From Candidatus Cloacimonadota bacterium (GTDB lineage Bacteria > Cloacimonadota > Cloacimonadia > G963667145), in assembly GCA_963676615.1 (NCBI GenBank), contig OY781092.1, forward strand, positions 1,376,001 through 1,440,000: a stretch of DNA of 64,000 nucleotides, read 5' to 3'. Below are positions 19,819 through 30,200 of the stretch, piece after piece. Position 1 is the first letter of the stretch, and every line of letters starts with the position of its first letter. Below the pieces are notes generated by a model. That model was not told the DNA's origin. It was given only the letters and a program-made list of their open reading frames with translations, and made no database searches. The translations under genes and the position numbers were made by a program.

Positions 19819-22800
19819 TCACCTTGTAATGATACCGCCCTTCCAGATACTCCAACACCTTGCCCGTCGGAAAAACATCCAAATTTTTGCTACACACCCG
19901 AAGCGGATTTTTGCTATCCGTCTCCAGATCAAAATAAACCTTGAAATTCCCCTTGTTCCTGCGCAAAATCGGCAAAAGCTCCTTAACATTGCCCGCATCC
20001 AAATCTTTTTTGGAAAACCGAATCAGCAGCGAGCCCTTGCTTTTGGTGCGCAGCTCCTCCAGCTTGGTTATTCTGGCAGGCAAAATCTTCAACTCAGACG
20101 ACGACCCAAAAGTCGAACGGCGTCCACAAACAAGCAGCCGATCACCAATCTGAATCTTGTCGGCGAACTTCAAAAAATCTTGCCCAAACAAACTCACCTC
20201 AAACTCGCCATGAAAATCTTCGAGCCCCACAATCGCAAAAGGCTTATTCTGCGCCGAATTGCGCCGCACAACTTTGTTCACAATCCCCGCAATTTTCAGC
20301 TCACTAGGCATCAATCTATGCTCCGAAAAAGCTTTGGTGTCGAAGTTGGCAATCTTAGAAATCAAAGTCTGAAACTCCTGCAGCGGATGCCCCGACAGAT
20401 AAAATCCCAAATATTTCCGCTCGTTAAACAGCCTCTCCATCGTCTCCCAGCGCAAAGTTTTACTCAATTTCGGCTTGTGAGCGATGAAATCTTCCTCTCC
20501 ACCCAAACTATCGAAAATCGACATCTGGTCGGACTCCGCCTGCTTGTGGCAAGCGTTGCCATACTCCAGTGCCGACTCTATCGCCTCGAATTTTGCCTTG
20601 CGAGAACCGGGCAAACAGTCCAACGCACCCGCACAAATCAGCGACTCAAAAGTTGCCTTATTCACCGCCGACAAATCCACTCTGGCAGCAAAATCGAACA
20701 AATCCAAAAACTTTCCGTCCGCCTCACGAACCGAAACGATGCTCGTAATGGCGGCATCGCCAACATTTTTTATCCCGCTAAGTCCGAACAAAATCTTGTC
20801 GTCCTCCACCAAAAAATCTCGCTGACACAAGTTCACATTCGGCTGCACAACATCGATTCCCATTTGGCGACACTTACCCAAAAACAGCGGAACCTTTAGC
20901 GGATTGCCCTCCAGCGACAGCAAAGTCGCCATAAACTCCGCAGGATAGTGCGACTTCAGAAAAGCCGTCTGATAGGCAACCAACGCATAACAAGCGGCGT
21001 GCGATTTATTAAAAGCGTAGCTAGCGAACTGCTCCCACTCGCTCCAAATCTCACCGATTTGCTGTTTGGACAGCCCGTTTTTCATCGCCCCTGCCTCAAA
21101 CTCCGAAAAAAGCTTATCCATCAGCGCCTTTTTCTTCTTACCCATCGCCTTGCGCAAAGTGTCCGCCTGTCCACCAGAAAAACCGCCCAAAATCTTGGAC
21201 ATACTCATCACCTGTTCCTGATAAACCGTGACGCCGTAGGTCTCCTCCAGCACCTCCTTCATCAGCGGATGCGCATAATGAATCTCCTGCCGTCCGTGCT
21301 TGCGGTCGATAAACAAATCGATATATTGCATCGGACCAGGACGATAGAGCGAGACCATCGCAATCAAATCATCGAAACAGTTCGGCTTGAGATTTTTCAG
21401 ATTTTTTTTCATTCCGTCCGACTCAAACTGAAACACGCCGTCGGTCTCTCCCGCGCTAAAAAGCTCGAAAGTTTTCGCATCGTCCATCGGTATCTCTCTG
21501 ATATCCAACGGCTTATCCAGCCGATAGTTCACCAAATCGACCGTATCTTTAACCAAAGTCAAGTTCTTCAGCCCCAAAATATCCATCTTCAAAAGTTTCA
21601 GATCGTCCAGCCACTTGCCCTCATACTGGCTCAAAACCGCAGGCGGCTCGTTCTTTTTCGCCTTGGCAACCGCCACTGGCACCACTTTTTGCATATCGTA
21701 AGGGGCAATCAAAGTCCCGCAAGCGTGCACGCCCGTCTGGCGCATCAGCCCTTCAACAAAAAGGCTGTGCCGATAAATCTCGCTGTAAACGCTGTTAGAG
21801 TCCATCAAACTGCGGAAATTTTTGTTGGTGGCATACTCCTCGGCGAGCTTCGCCCCCGCGGGCTTCTCTATCGTCTTGGTAATCTCGTTCGCCTCCGAAG
21901 GCACAACGCCCAAAACGCGCGCCACATCTTTCAGCGCCATTTTGGCTGCCAGCGTCGAAAAAGTCACAATCTGGCTCACGCACTCTCTGCCATACTTCGC
22001 CACCAGATACTCAATCATCCTGCCTCTGCCTTTGGTGCAAAAATCGATGTCGATATCCGGCATTCCGATTCTATCGGGATTCAAAAACCGCTCGAAAAGC
22101 AGCCCATGCTCAATCGGATCCAGCTGCGTAATCTCCAGCAGGTAACTCACGATGCTCCCTGCCGCAGAGCCTCTGCCGGGTCCAACGGGAATATCCATCG
22201 AGCGTGCGGCGTCTATCATATCTTTCACAATCAAAAAATACGCCTCGTAGCCCATCTTGCCAATCGTCTCCAGCTCATATTCCACACGGTCTCGCACCTG
22301 CTGGCTCACCTGCGCATACCGCTTTGGCAGCGCCTGCTCAACCAAAAATCGCAAATACTCCTTCACCCCCGCAAACTCCTTCGGCACATCAAAAGTCGGC
22401 AAAAGATACTGCTGATAAAAATCGTCCATCTCGAAATTCACCTTATCGGCAATCACCTGCGTGTTGCTCATCGCTTGCGGCAAATCGGGGAAAAGCTCCG
22501 CCATCTGCTGCGGAGACTTGAAAAAAAGCTGATCCGAATCGATTTTGAACCGGTCGGGATTATCCAAAGTCGAGCTGGTCTGAATGCACAAAAGCACCTC
22601 GTGCGAATGTGCGTCCTCCTCTTTCAGATAATGACAATCGTTGGTCAGCACCAGCGGCAAATCGTTACTCTTGGCAAGCTCAATCAGCTTCGGCATCGCC
22701 CGTTTTTCGTCTTCGATACCGTGATTTTGCAGCTCGATGTAATAATCTTCGCCAAAAATTCCTTTGTAAAAATCGATAGCTTTTTGCGCAGCGGGCAAAT

Positions 22801-23245
22801 CTCCAGCCAAAATATGCCGAGAAAGTTCGCCAGCCACACAACCAGAAAGAGCGATCAACCCTTGCGAATGCTTCGCCAAAAAAGCTTTGTCGATTCTGGG
22901 CTTATAGTAGAAACCGTCCACATAACTGCGCGAGGCGATGCGCATCAAATTGGCATAGCCCACATCGTTCTTTACTAGCAGCACCAAGTGATTGCGCTTG
23001 TCCAGCTTCGTCTTCGGGTCGCTAAAATCGTGATCCACCACATAAGCCTCCAACCCCAAAATCGGCTTTATTCCCTTGGCTTTGGCGGTCTTATAGAACT
23101 CCACCAAACCGAAAATATTGCCGTGATCGGTTATCGCCACTGCCCCCATACCCATTTCCTTCGCCAAATCTATCATCTGGTCGATTTTGCACGCTCCGTC
23201 CAGCATGCTGTATTGGGTGTGGTTATGCAAATGCACAAAACTCAT
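19805..23245 (-). CDS. dnaE: DNA polymerase III alpha subunit
   Basis: PHP domain FVHLHNHTQYSMLDG, GPGRGSAAGS, catalytic PDIDIDF, KMDILGL and YAFNKSHA. Confidence 0.98.
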   Translation of the reverse strand: MSFVHLHNHTQYSMLDGACKIDQMIDLAKEMGMGAVAITDHGNIFGLVEFYKTAKAKGIKPILGLEAYVVDHDFSDPKTKLDKRNHLVLLVKNDVGYANLMRIASRSYVDGFYYKPRIDKAFLAKHSQGLIALSGCVAGELSRHILAGDLPAAQKAIDFYKGIFGEDYYIELQNHGIEDEKRAMPKLIELAKSNDLPLVLTNDCHYLKEEDAHSHEVLLCIQTSSTLDNPDRFKIDSDQLFFKSPQQMAELFPDLPQAMSNTQVIADKVNFEMDDFYQQYLLPTFDVPKEFAGVKEYLRFLVEQALPKRYAQVSQQVRDRVEYELETIGKMGYEAYFLIVKDMIDAARSMDIPVGPGRGSAAGSIVSYLLEITQLDPIEHGLLFERFLNPDRIGMPDIDIDFCTKGRGRMIEYLVAKYGRECVSQIVTFSTLAAKMALKDVARVLGVVPSEANEITKTIEKPAGAKLAEEYATNKNFRSLMDSNSVYSEIYRHSLFVEGLMRQTGVHACGTLIAPYDMQKVVPVAVAKAKKNEPPAVLSQYEGKWLDDLKLLKMDILGLKNLTLVKDTVDLVNYRLDKPLDIREIPMDDAKTFELFSAGETDGVFQFESDGMKKNLKNLKPNCFDDLIAMVSLYRPGPMQYIDLFIDRKHGRQEIHYAHPLMKEVLEETYGVTVYQEQVMSMSKILGGFSGGQADTLRKAMGKKKKALMDKLFSEFEAGAMKNGLSKQQIGEIWSEWEQFASYAFNKSHAACYALVAYQTAFLKSHYPAEFMATLLSLEGNPLKVPLFLGKCRQMGIDVVQPNVNLCQRDFLVEDDKILFGLSGIKNVGDAAITSIVSVREADGKFLDLFDFAARVDLSAVNKATFESLICAGALDCLPGSRKAKFEAIESALEYGNACHKQAESDQMSIFDSLGGEEDFIAHKPKLSKTLRWETMERLFNERKYLGFYLSGHPLQEFQTLISKIANFDTKAFSEHRLMPSELKIAGIVNKVVRRNSAQNKPFAIVGLEDFHGEFEVSLFGQDFLKFADKIQIGDRLLVCGRRSTFGSSSELKILPARITKLEELRTKSKGSLLIRFSKKDLDAGNVKELLPILRRNKGNFKVYFDLETDSKNPLRVCSKNLDVFPTGKVLEYLEGRYHYKVNVSG

Positions 23246-23374
23246 CTGTCCGCTCGTCGCTCCTTAATTTCTTCGAAATTTCTTTCTACAAAAGTAAATC
23301 ACTCCATTTTGTCAATTCTACTTTGCTAAAAAATCTCGCCGATAATCACCAAAAGCGCTGACGGGGGAAGAAGC

Positions 23375-23563
23375 CGTCGTTGCGGCTATCACGCGCCGTC
23401 ATTGCGGGCGCTTTCATCGTCATTGCGAGCGATAGGTGAGGCTTCCTGCTTTTCTTCCCTCATTCTCGCGAAAGCGGGAATCCATCTCTAACAGCGTTCT
23501 GCGAAACGGGGCTGGGCGGCGACTACCAACCCTCGTCATTGCGGGCAACGAGCGGCGCAATCT
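23375..23563 (+). repeat. Cluster of CGTC-type REP-like palindromic motifs
   Basis: CGTC(A/G)TTGCG at 23375, 23397, 23418 and 23534; TCATTCTCGCGAAAGCGGGAATCC hairpin at ~23460-23483. Confidence 0.65.
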
Positions 23564-23607
23564 TTGCAAGAGTCGCAGAGTTTTTTCTCTTATCAGAGGG
23601 ATTATCC

Positions 23608-24062
23608 GTTACCTTTTTTTGTCTGAACAAAAATAAGGTAACACCAAAAAAAATCAAATCATAAGCCTAAATTCTAACTTGCAAAACTCGCTCGTTGTGG
23701 CTGTTGCAAAGGCTTTAAGATCAAGTCGGGCAGTCCTTTCGTAAGAGATTAAACCCTTTGGACAACCAGCTAACTTCAGTCGTTTGAGCAAGTTCACGAA
23801 TTGAGACTTGAATGATTGCTAACCCGCCCGCCTGCTCGCCTAGACTGGCGATAGGTCGGCGTTGGTATCTTGCTTCATCTAAAACAGAGACACGCCAAAA
23901 CCAACTACAAAAAACCAAAAAAGTTGCGATAAGTCACAGACTTACAAACAATTACGGAGGTGCTCTTCACCACGGAAATCTCCAAATACCTCTCGAAACT
24001 TCTCTGTTTTTGAAGCAAGCGTCCTTTTCTGCTTCTCTTTTCGGACGCCCGAAAAGATGAAG
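23608..24062. other. Highly self-complementary non-coding element (MITE-like or structured ncRNA)
   Basis: Terminal hairpins at 23608-23642 and 24032-24062, a long nested imperfect stem at ~23657-23817 and a further hairpin at ~23826-23861; no credible ORF. Confidence 0.45.
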
Positions 24063-24119
24063 ACCCGTCTGGTAAGACATCATCTCTAACAGCGTTCTGA
24101 AAAATGGGGGTCGGTCGGT

Positions 24120-24250
24120 GGCGGAATTATCAACTATCAATTGTAACTTATCAATTGCTTTGGAGCGATGAGCGACAAAGCAAAGCAGCGGCGGAATTAT
24201 CAACTATCAATTATAACTTTTCAATTGCTTTGGAGCGCCAGCGACAAAGC
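24120..24250. repeat. Two ~61-bp direct repeats (period 70) containing TATCAA(C/T) heptamers and a GCTTTG...CAAAGC hairpin
   Basis: GGCGGAATTATCAACTATCAATT(G/A)TAACTT(A/T)TCAATTGCTTTGGAGCG..AGCGACAAAGC at 24120-24181 and 24190-24250. Confidence 0.85.
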
Positions 24251-24265
24251 CTCTTGGTGTCAGAC

Positions 24266-27200
24266 CTATGGTAGGTTTGCGTTAATATCGCCCCTCAGCA
24301 CAGGGAAGTCCGCCCCAGTTTTCCAGATCCAAGGCTCCGCTTTGGTTGGTGCGCCACTAGTAATATCAAATTGCGGGGTATCTTTCCACCAATTTTCATC
24401 TTGTATAGTGCTCGTAGTCACAGTCGCACCATCCAGGCTTGCAGGGTCATCCGAAGTAACCTCCGTGCCATTCACTGTCGTCGTATTCAGAGCATAAAGC
24501 AAATCATAAGTTGGATCAGATTTCTCATATCCAATAACCCGATTTCCATATTTTGTTACTCCCACATTTCCTCCCAGAGCGACAAGTCCACTTGCTTCTG
24601 CGTTACCAGAATACAGTTGACCGAGAACCTCTCCTGTCATACCAAGGGAGGGATTAGTAGCAACAATCTGGACACCTACAGCAATACAGTTTAAAATTTC
24701 AGCGATTACATTACTTCCAGCTACCCCTCCTCCTTGGTAGTTCGTCGCAATAGAGCCACCTCTAACTAAGCAATTTTTCACTACCGCATCTTCTGAAGAT
24801 TCACATCTAAATGACCCTACAACTCCACCGACAGCAGTAACTCCTTTAAAGTTAGGTTCCAACACATACACCCTCTCTATTACAACGCTATCTCCATCAA
24901 CATAGCCAAAAAAGCCAACATAATTGCCTGATTGACAGTTCAGCCCTTTTATCTCATACCCTTGTCCGTCATAGCTTCCCGTGAAAGGATTAGAGGGGTC
25001 CCCTATCGGCGTGAAATCTTCGCCCGTCATATCTATGTTTTTCGTCTGGACATAGTGCTTGTCGCGATAGCCCTCCGTATTCATCATCGCAAATAAATAT
25101 CCCTTGTCAACCTCATAAGGGCTGTCTGGCGTTCCGCTACCCTTTTCGAAAAAGCCCCAATTCAAAACGCCATCGATGTTCATATTTTTTAGCTCTGGAT
25201 ACCCAGTAAGAGCTTCCCCTGGCCATTTCCAGCCGTTAGTCAAGAAATCTGAAATCCCGTCTGCCCCATAGGTGTCCTCATTTTGCAGGGAGTCACGAGT
25301 CAGCGCCAAGCCGTCGCACTTGTCCGTAGCGTCGTTGCTCGACAACCAGTTCCCCTCAGTTATCGTCACAGAGTAGTTATTGGTCAAAGTCATATTTGGA
25401 TTAGCCACCCTAAACGGCAAGCCTGCTCCAGTCGTCACTATCGATTTACACAGCGACAAGCTGTTTTGCAGTTCGGCACTGCTGGAGCCTGTTCCTGCTA
25501 TTCCGCCCACAAATTTATCGCCCTCAACGATAGCGTTGGCGATAATCACCCGATTTGCATCTACAGAGTGCATCGCTCCGGCAATTCCGCCGACATTCTC
25601 GTCGCCATCTATCTCCACCTCATCCACCAAAACATCTTCTAGCACAGCGTCTGACTGCCCATCGGTCGAAAGGAACGCTCCTACCAACGCGCCCACATAG
25701 TTTTCTCCGTTCACTTTTGCATCTATCAAGCCCAAATCATGAATATTGCCGCCTTTCACCACACCAAACAAGCCACGGAAATCTCTGGTAGTATCTTCTA
25801 GGCGCAACCCTTCTATCTGATAGCCATCGCCGTCGAAGCTGCCTGTGAACGGATATTCCAAATCGCCAATCGGCACTAAGTTGTCGCCAATCACAGGGCT
25901 ATAGGTCTGGTTGTCAAAATCGATATTCGCAGTCAGCACAAAGCTAGAGTCTGTATAGCCTCCGACCATCGCCAAATCTTGCAAACTCGACACCTCATAG
26001 GCGTTTGTGCCTTTGTTCAGCGGCATCTCGGGCGCTTGCATCTGCCCGTCGAGGGCGTCGCTAAACACCTTCAGCGTCGGATATTTCGCGCCAGGCTTGA
26101 ACTCCCAAGCGTCACTATCTTCCAAAAGAGCCTGATAATCCGACTCTTGCAAGTGATTATAAAACAGGTTACCACCGTTCTTGCCACTCGGATCTGTCCC
26201 TATCAGATAACCGCTTCCAAACTTCGTCTCCGCCAGCGAGTAACAGTCACAGCGAAGACCATTGTCAATATTCCCAGCAATCTTTCCAACATTCGACCCG
26301 GTGTAGCTGATGCTCTTTGCCAGAGAGTAACAATTATCAACACTGCCTGATGACTGCTCGCCAACAATGCCACCGACTTTATCGGTACCACTCACGCTAT
26401 CTCCCACAGAGACCGCATTGCTAACAACGCCTCTTCCCGCAATCGCTCCAACAAAGACACTACTACTCTTAACCGTATTGTTAATACTCAACAAATCTTT
26501 CCAATTACTATTCGAATAACCTCCAAATATAGCGACATTGCTGCTTGACCCAGTAACAGAGCTGTTGGTCACCAAAATGCGCTCCGCTTTCGTGCCTCCT
26601 GACCCATTACCAAACAGACATCCTAGAACACTACTACCATTCACAGTCAAGCTATCTAGCCATAAGTCGTGCACAGATGCAGAAGACTTCGCAACACCAA
26701 ACAAACCTCTATTGGAATAAAGAGATGTTGTGGTTCCATAATCGTCGGCTTCGATAACCAGATTGCTGATCCTCTTGCCGTTACCGTCGAACTCTCCTGT
26801 AAAATTCGTTTCTGTGCCCTGATACCCTATCGGCGTATAGTCTACAGAGTAGTCGCTAAAGTCCAAATCGACAGCCAGCTCATACTCTGCATCCAGCTGC
26901 AGCCACTCTGGCAAATTCTCCTGTCCGCCAACCAAATTAGCAAGTCTTCTATCGCCGATAGCGTCCAGCTGCAGCGGCGTGGTTATCCGATAAGCAGAGC
27001 CAAACAGCCCCGTCTCCATCTCCAGCCCGTTGTCCTGCGGCATATTCGCTTGCGGATTGTTCACCAGGCTCGGATAGCCTGTCAAATCTGTCATCTGGTA
27101 TCCAGTAGTGCTTTTAATATTGCCGCTCATCAACACAGACGCCAAAGACCCACAAGAGGTGTAAGATTGTGAACCACCGACTCCACTAAATTCATAATCT

Positions 27201-30200
27201 CCATTCTCTAAACTATAACAGTAGGCAATAGTTGCATCAGGAAGCCCTTCAGCATCTCCTACAAAAAGCCCCACTTTATAAAAGTCATTACATTTGTTTT
27301 GCAGAGCATAAGATTTAGCAACAAGACCTCCTTGCGCCTTTCCGACCAGCATACCTAAATAGCTACCTCTTTCGGCAAAGCAATTATAAGCATAACACTC
27401 TTCTATAGTAGCGTCACTGATAAGACTACCCACCAGAAAACCTTCGACAAGCTTAAGATTCCTTGATCCAGAAAAAACCAAACCTTCAACACTACTACGA
27501 ACAAGCTTGCCATTATTCATCAACCCAATCAAGCCTCCCAGGTAAGTTCCTGTACTCACATAGCCATTTTCACTTATCTTCACTGTCGCCCCATCACAAT
27601 TTTCTAATTTCGCAACCGCAAAGAAATCATCATCGTCAGCACTCATCTCACCAGCCATCAATCCTATATAGCAACCAGCAGAAGCTCTTGTGTTGATTCC
27701 CACATCAAATTTCTCCACATTCTCCACCACAAAAGTGTCCGACTCCGCCAAAGTCAAGCTCCCAAACAAAAGTCCCGCATATAAATTATTTGCATCAATC
27801 TGCAAATTGCTTTCGTCAATCTGCGCATTGCCCCAGATGCTGCTGTGCATATCGCCCTTCTCCCAGCTATCGCATTTTCCAGCTACAAGTCCAAAATATG
27901 TTTTGGTAGAAGGCTCGTTGTCCTCATCAATCGTAAGCTTTTGCAAGTCAAGAGCGACCTTGTCCGCCTGCAAGCCAGCAATAACTTTCGCTTCTCCAAA
28001 CAATCCGCCAATAGCAGTAATACCAACAGGACCAATGCCAGTATTTTCATTCTCTCCGCTACTGGTCAAAGACAGCCCCAGCGACACATTGGAATTTTCG
28101 TCAAAATCTGCCCGCGTAATCACCTGCCCAACCAATCCACCAACATATTTATCTGGACCAGATTCTGGGTTCTTTGTCGCCACTTTGATGTCGCACCCTT
28201 CTATATTCACAGAACCAATATTGACAGTCGGCACCTGCCCAAACAGCAAGCCTACCCAAGCTTTCTTGAACTCATAAATGTTAGTATTCGAAACATCGAT
28301 ATTCAGATTTTTCACCTCTACCGAATTCACATTGGCTTTTGAGGCTTCGAACTTGCCGACCAAGCCTCCAACATAGTAGTTAAACAAATTGTTGCCACTA
28401 AATCCGCCCTCGTCGTTACCATCCACCACAACATTATCAAAATCGACCTGAATACTACCAGATAATCGCCCAAAAACACCACCAATATAGTTAGTGTTGT
28501 TTGTGCTAGGCAGTTGCGTCTCTTTTGGCAAGACGATATTCACATCTTTGATTTGCAAATCACCACTAAAATTCCCATAGCCAAAAGCTCCCATCCGAAG
28601 CGGAGTGCTGCTGATATTTACCTGCCCGATACCAGACACAGAGATATTTTCGATAGAGCAAGCCTTAGTTATATCCAAATTTCCCACAACATACCCCACA
28701 GTACTACCACCTAGGCTTTGTTCCAAACTTTCGATATTAGAGACCGTCACATTTTTTAACGACAAACTATCAACGCTTAACATTGAGCCAACCACAGAGC
28801 CAATATATTTTGCCTCCAACTTCTTGATATTAGAAACCTCAATATTCTCCAACACCACACTACCGCCATTTGCATATCCCACAACGCCACCAACCAAATT
28901 ACTGACGCTGTTTAATTCGTCGATAAACGACACCTTAATATCTTTGGCATACAACCCCTTAGTATAACCCACAACCCCAGCAGCATAACCGCTAGAAATG
29001 GTCTTTGAGAAGGTAACCGAAGAGCCAGAGACATCGATATTGATAAGGGTGTCGTTCTCCGATTTAGCTACCGCTCCAGCCACAGCCGTCCCTGCATCAC
29101 CTGTGCTATTCCAATTCACATTGTTGAGGACAATCTTCACATTTTCGTATCGTGAGTTTTGGCTCACTCCTGCTAGCACAGCCAAGTTCGTCGCAATGGC
29201 AAATTCGGTCCCATCTCCATCCACAATCACCGTTAGAGAATCTACCAAACAGCCATCTGCTTCCGCAAACATCGCCAAAGAGCTCAAACTATTACCGCTA
29301 ACATCAAAACTGCTAAATCTAATCTGCTTGTTACTTCCTGCAAAGTGACTATTAAACGAACCTGCTGGTTTCAGAGGCACATCCTCAAAATAAAGGTCGT
29401 CCATCAACTTGAAAACATCGTTATCGTCAAATCTCCCCGCTGTAACACCGTCGGCAATATAGTTATAATCTTGCACATTATAGATAAACACCGTGTCGTT
29501 ATCATACTTATAGACTTTACTGTCGTGACCACTTCTAAAGCTATAAGATCCATATTTAAAGCTGTTGACTTGCGTAAGACGATAAAAGTATTTCCTGCCT
29601 ATTTCCAAAGTTCCCAAATCTCCGGCATTCTCTGTCGATTGATAATCGATAAAACTCGAGTCGGTAAACAAGATGCCTTTCAGCGCAGAGCTAAGGTCGA
29701 TAGTATCCACTTCATAATTGTCATCAAATGTAGCGTTCGTCGCTTTTTCTATTATGAAGCCTTCTGGCGTCGTGCCGTTGTCGCCCCAAGTAATCTCAAA
29801 TCCGTCAATATTACCGTTATTCTCGTCGTAATGGTAATAGATCGCCCCAAACACCGTTGACGAGTTGTCCAAAAATCCTGTTCCCTTAGCGTCGTTGCTT
29901 ATCGTCGGGCTGTAAAATTTGTCTGGGCTGTTGTTTATCTGCACCATTCCCATTATCGAGTATTTATACAAATATCCCTGAACTGGCGGAGTCATACCGC
30001 TGCCATCATCTGTATAGGTGTAGATTGTGTCGCCAGCTTCCACCGCAGGAGACAGCCCGCTCGGCACAACCGTGTCGTATTCAACCGTTCCTTCTTGAAT
30101 ATTTTCTCTGGCGATTATATACGCCGATACAGTGTCTGGCGCCTTTTCCAGAAGCCTCTCTTTCAAATCGTAATCTTCTGCCCAAGAGGACACCTTGATT

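Noticed and set aside
19829..22978. Long + strand ORFs (356 aa and 676 aa) opposite dnaE, and similar ones opposite mnmE and rng
   Set aside because: Antisense shadows of conserved genes, with no recognisable motifs and skewed L/Q/R/I/H composition.
19805..23245. Intein or split in dnaE
   Set aside because: The length (1146 aa) and contiguous motifs match an ordinary DnaE.
24120..24250. Possible mini-CRISPR array
   Set aside because: Only two ~61-bp copies separated by about 8 nt, no spacer-length unique sequence, and no cas genes in the window.
23246..24265. Short ORFs, tRNA, or diversity-generating retroelement template repeat in the intergenic mosaic
   Set aside because: The ORFs lack RBS and motifs, no cloverleaf was found, no reverse transcriptase is in the window, and I saw no adenine-variant copy of the giant gene's 3' end.
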